DNA of 63,859 nucleotides, the filler included, from Octopus bimaculoides (Eukaryota): the NCBI RefSeq assembly GCF_001194135.2. It is 7 parts of 6 records of this genome, joined end to end, with 100 filler letters (N's around TTAATTAATTAA, not from the genome) between each part and the next. Parts side by side here need not be neighbours in the genome. Positions count along the whole stretch, not along the records: positions 62,819 to 63,859 come from NW_026306208.1; 6 more parts are not named here. One strand, 5' to 3'. Position 1 is the stretch's first letter. Each line of letters starts with the position of its first letter. The notes under the pieces are model-generated. The model saw nothing but the letters and a program-made list of their open reading frames with translations, was not told where the DNA came from and did not search any database. The position numbers and the translations under genes were made by a program. Below are positions 62,999 through 63,859 of this stretch, piece after piece.

Positions 62999-63859
62999 TT
63001 GTTCCTTTCACCACAGACAACGGAAGGAGAGAAAGAGAAGAGCATGATGGCCAAACAATTTGCTCAAATACGCCTGAACGCCGAAAAAAATTATGAAAAA
63101 AATTTCCCGCCACTTCGTAACTCATGTGAAGGTCAGAGGAGTACACAAGAAGACGGTCACCCATCTGCCACAGCAACAACACCTACCAGCATCACAACCG
63201 CCAACAACAACGCTAATACAGCAACAACTGTCACCTCTGCCATCAACACCAGCACCACCACCAACAACAACAATAACAAGATCAAAACAAACTTCGCCGA
63301 GGCGATAAGGCAAAAAACGACGGTAGTATCTTTTACTGCACAGCAGATAAAAGATACAAAGGCTTTGCTTACGAAAGAAAATGACGAGGTACGGATCAAC
63401 ATACCAAAAGACATACTAGAAGACACAAACAAAAAGACAATTATTTATAAAATTTTAGACCCCAAGACCAAAAGACTAGAAAAATCAAGCACGGAAAAGA
63501 TCAAAAAATGCTTGAGATCCGTATGGCCATATAAAGATTATGTAACTTGGTGGTATAAATTTGCCCATATGCAAGTTATTTTTCAAAGTGAAGAGTTAGC
63601 GAAACGATTCTCAACGCTAACTCTTAAGACAGAAGAGATAACAATGATACCGAGTTACCTTGGTCAGAGGGTAACAAGGGTTATCATAAAAAATATTCCT
63701 CCCATGGTAGATACACTATGGATAACATCAGCCGTACGTGTTGATATGGAGGAGGTCGACATATTACAAATTAATGTTTCTGAAAAGCAACAGTAGGTGG
63801 GTAAAAAAGATGGAGATCCTTCTCCATATTACTCAGGAGTCACTAAATAAAATACCCAC
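62999..63859 (+). mobile_element. ORF1 (gag-like) of a Tx1/L1-like non-LTR retrotransposon, running off the window end
   Basis: 265-aa ORF with NFAEAI and IPSYLGQRVTRVIIKNIPP, resembling the ORF1 RRM region; Thr/Asn-rich low-complexity segment. TAG at 63794-96 is probably premature. Confidence 0.6.

Overview
AT-rich, microsatellite-dense, gapped eukaryotic scaffold. The SINE, RTE and R4 repertoire suggests a coleoid cephalopod, most likely Octopus (inference from recalled repeat families, no search run). One host protein-coding gene is well supported: a minus-strand cytosolic glutathione S-transferase (Omega/Tau-like C-terminal domain at 12979-13371, probable 12-codon first coding exon at 13947-13982, N-terminal domain hidden in an N-gap). 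There is also a weak candidate terminal exon (50646-50725, minus) with a long TE-free putative 3'UTR. The rest is layered mobile-element debris: three tRNA-derived SINE families, RTE, R4/Dong, Penelope and Tx1/L1-like retroelements, two solo LTRs with TSDs, Chapaev3-, piggyBac-, hAT-, Tigger- and Tc1/mariner-type DNA transposons, and Helitron/Helentron-like non-autonomous elements. The most notable observations are an ~870-bp foldback built from two 3' ends of a DD41D mariner-like transposon, a ~197-nt hairpin, a perfect 50-nt palindrome, hammerhead-ribozyme-like motifs, R4/Dong elements sitting in (TAA)n arrays that SINE tails may seed, a duplicated polypyrimidine-AG|GTAAG unit, and alternating CpG-poor and CpG-rich domains. 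No CRISPR, rRNA or true tRNA genes were seen. All alignments and translations were done by eye.
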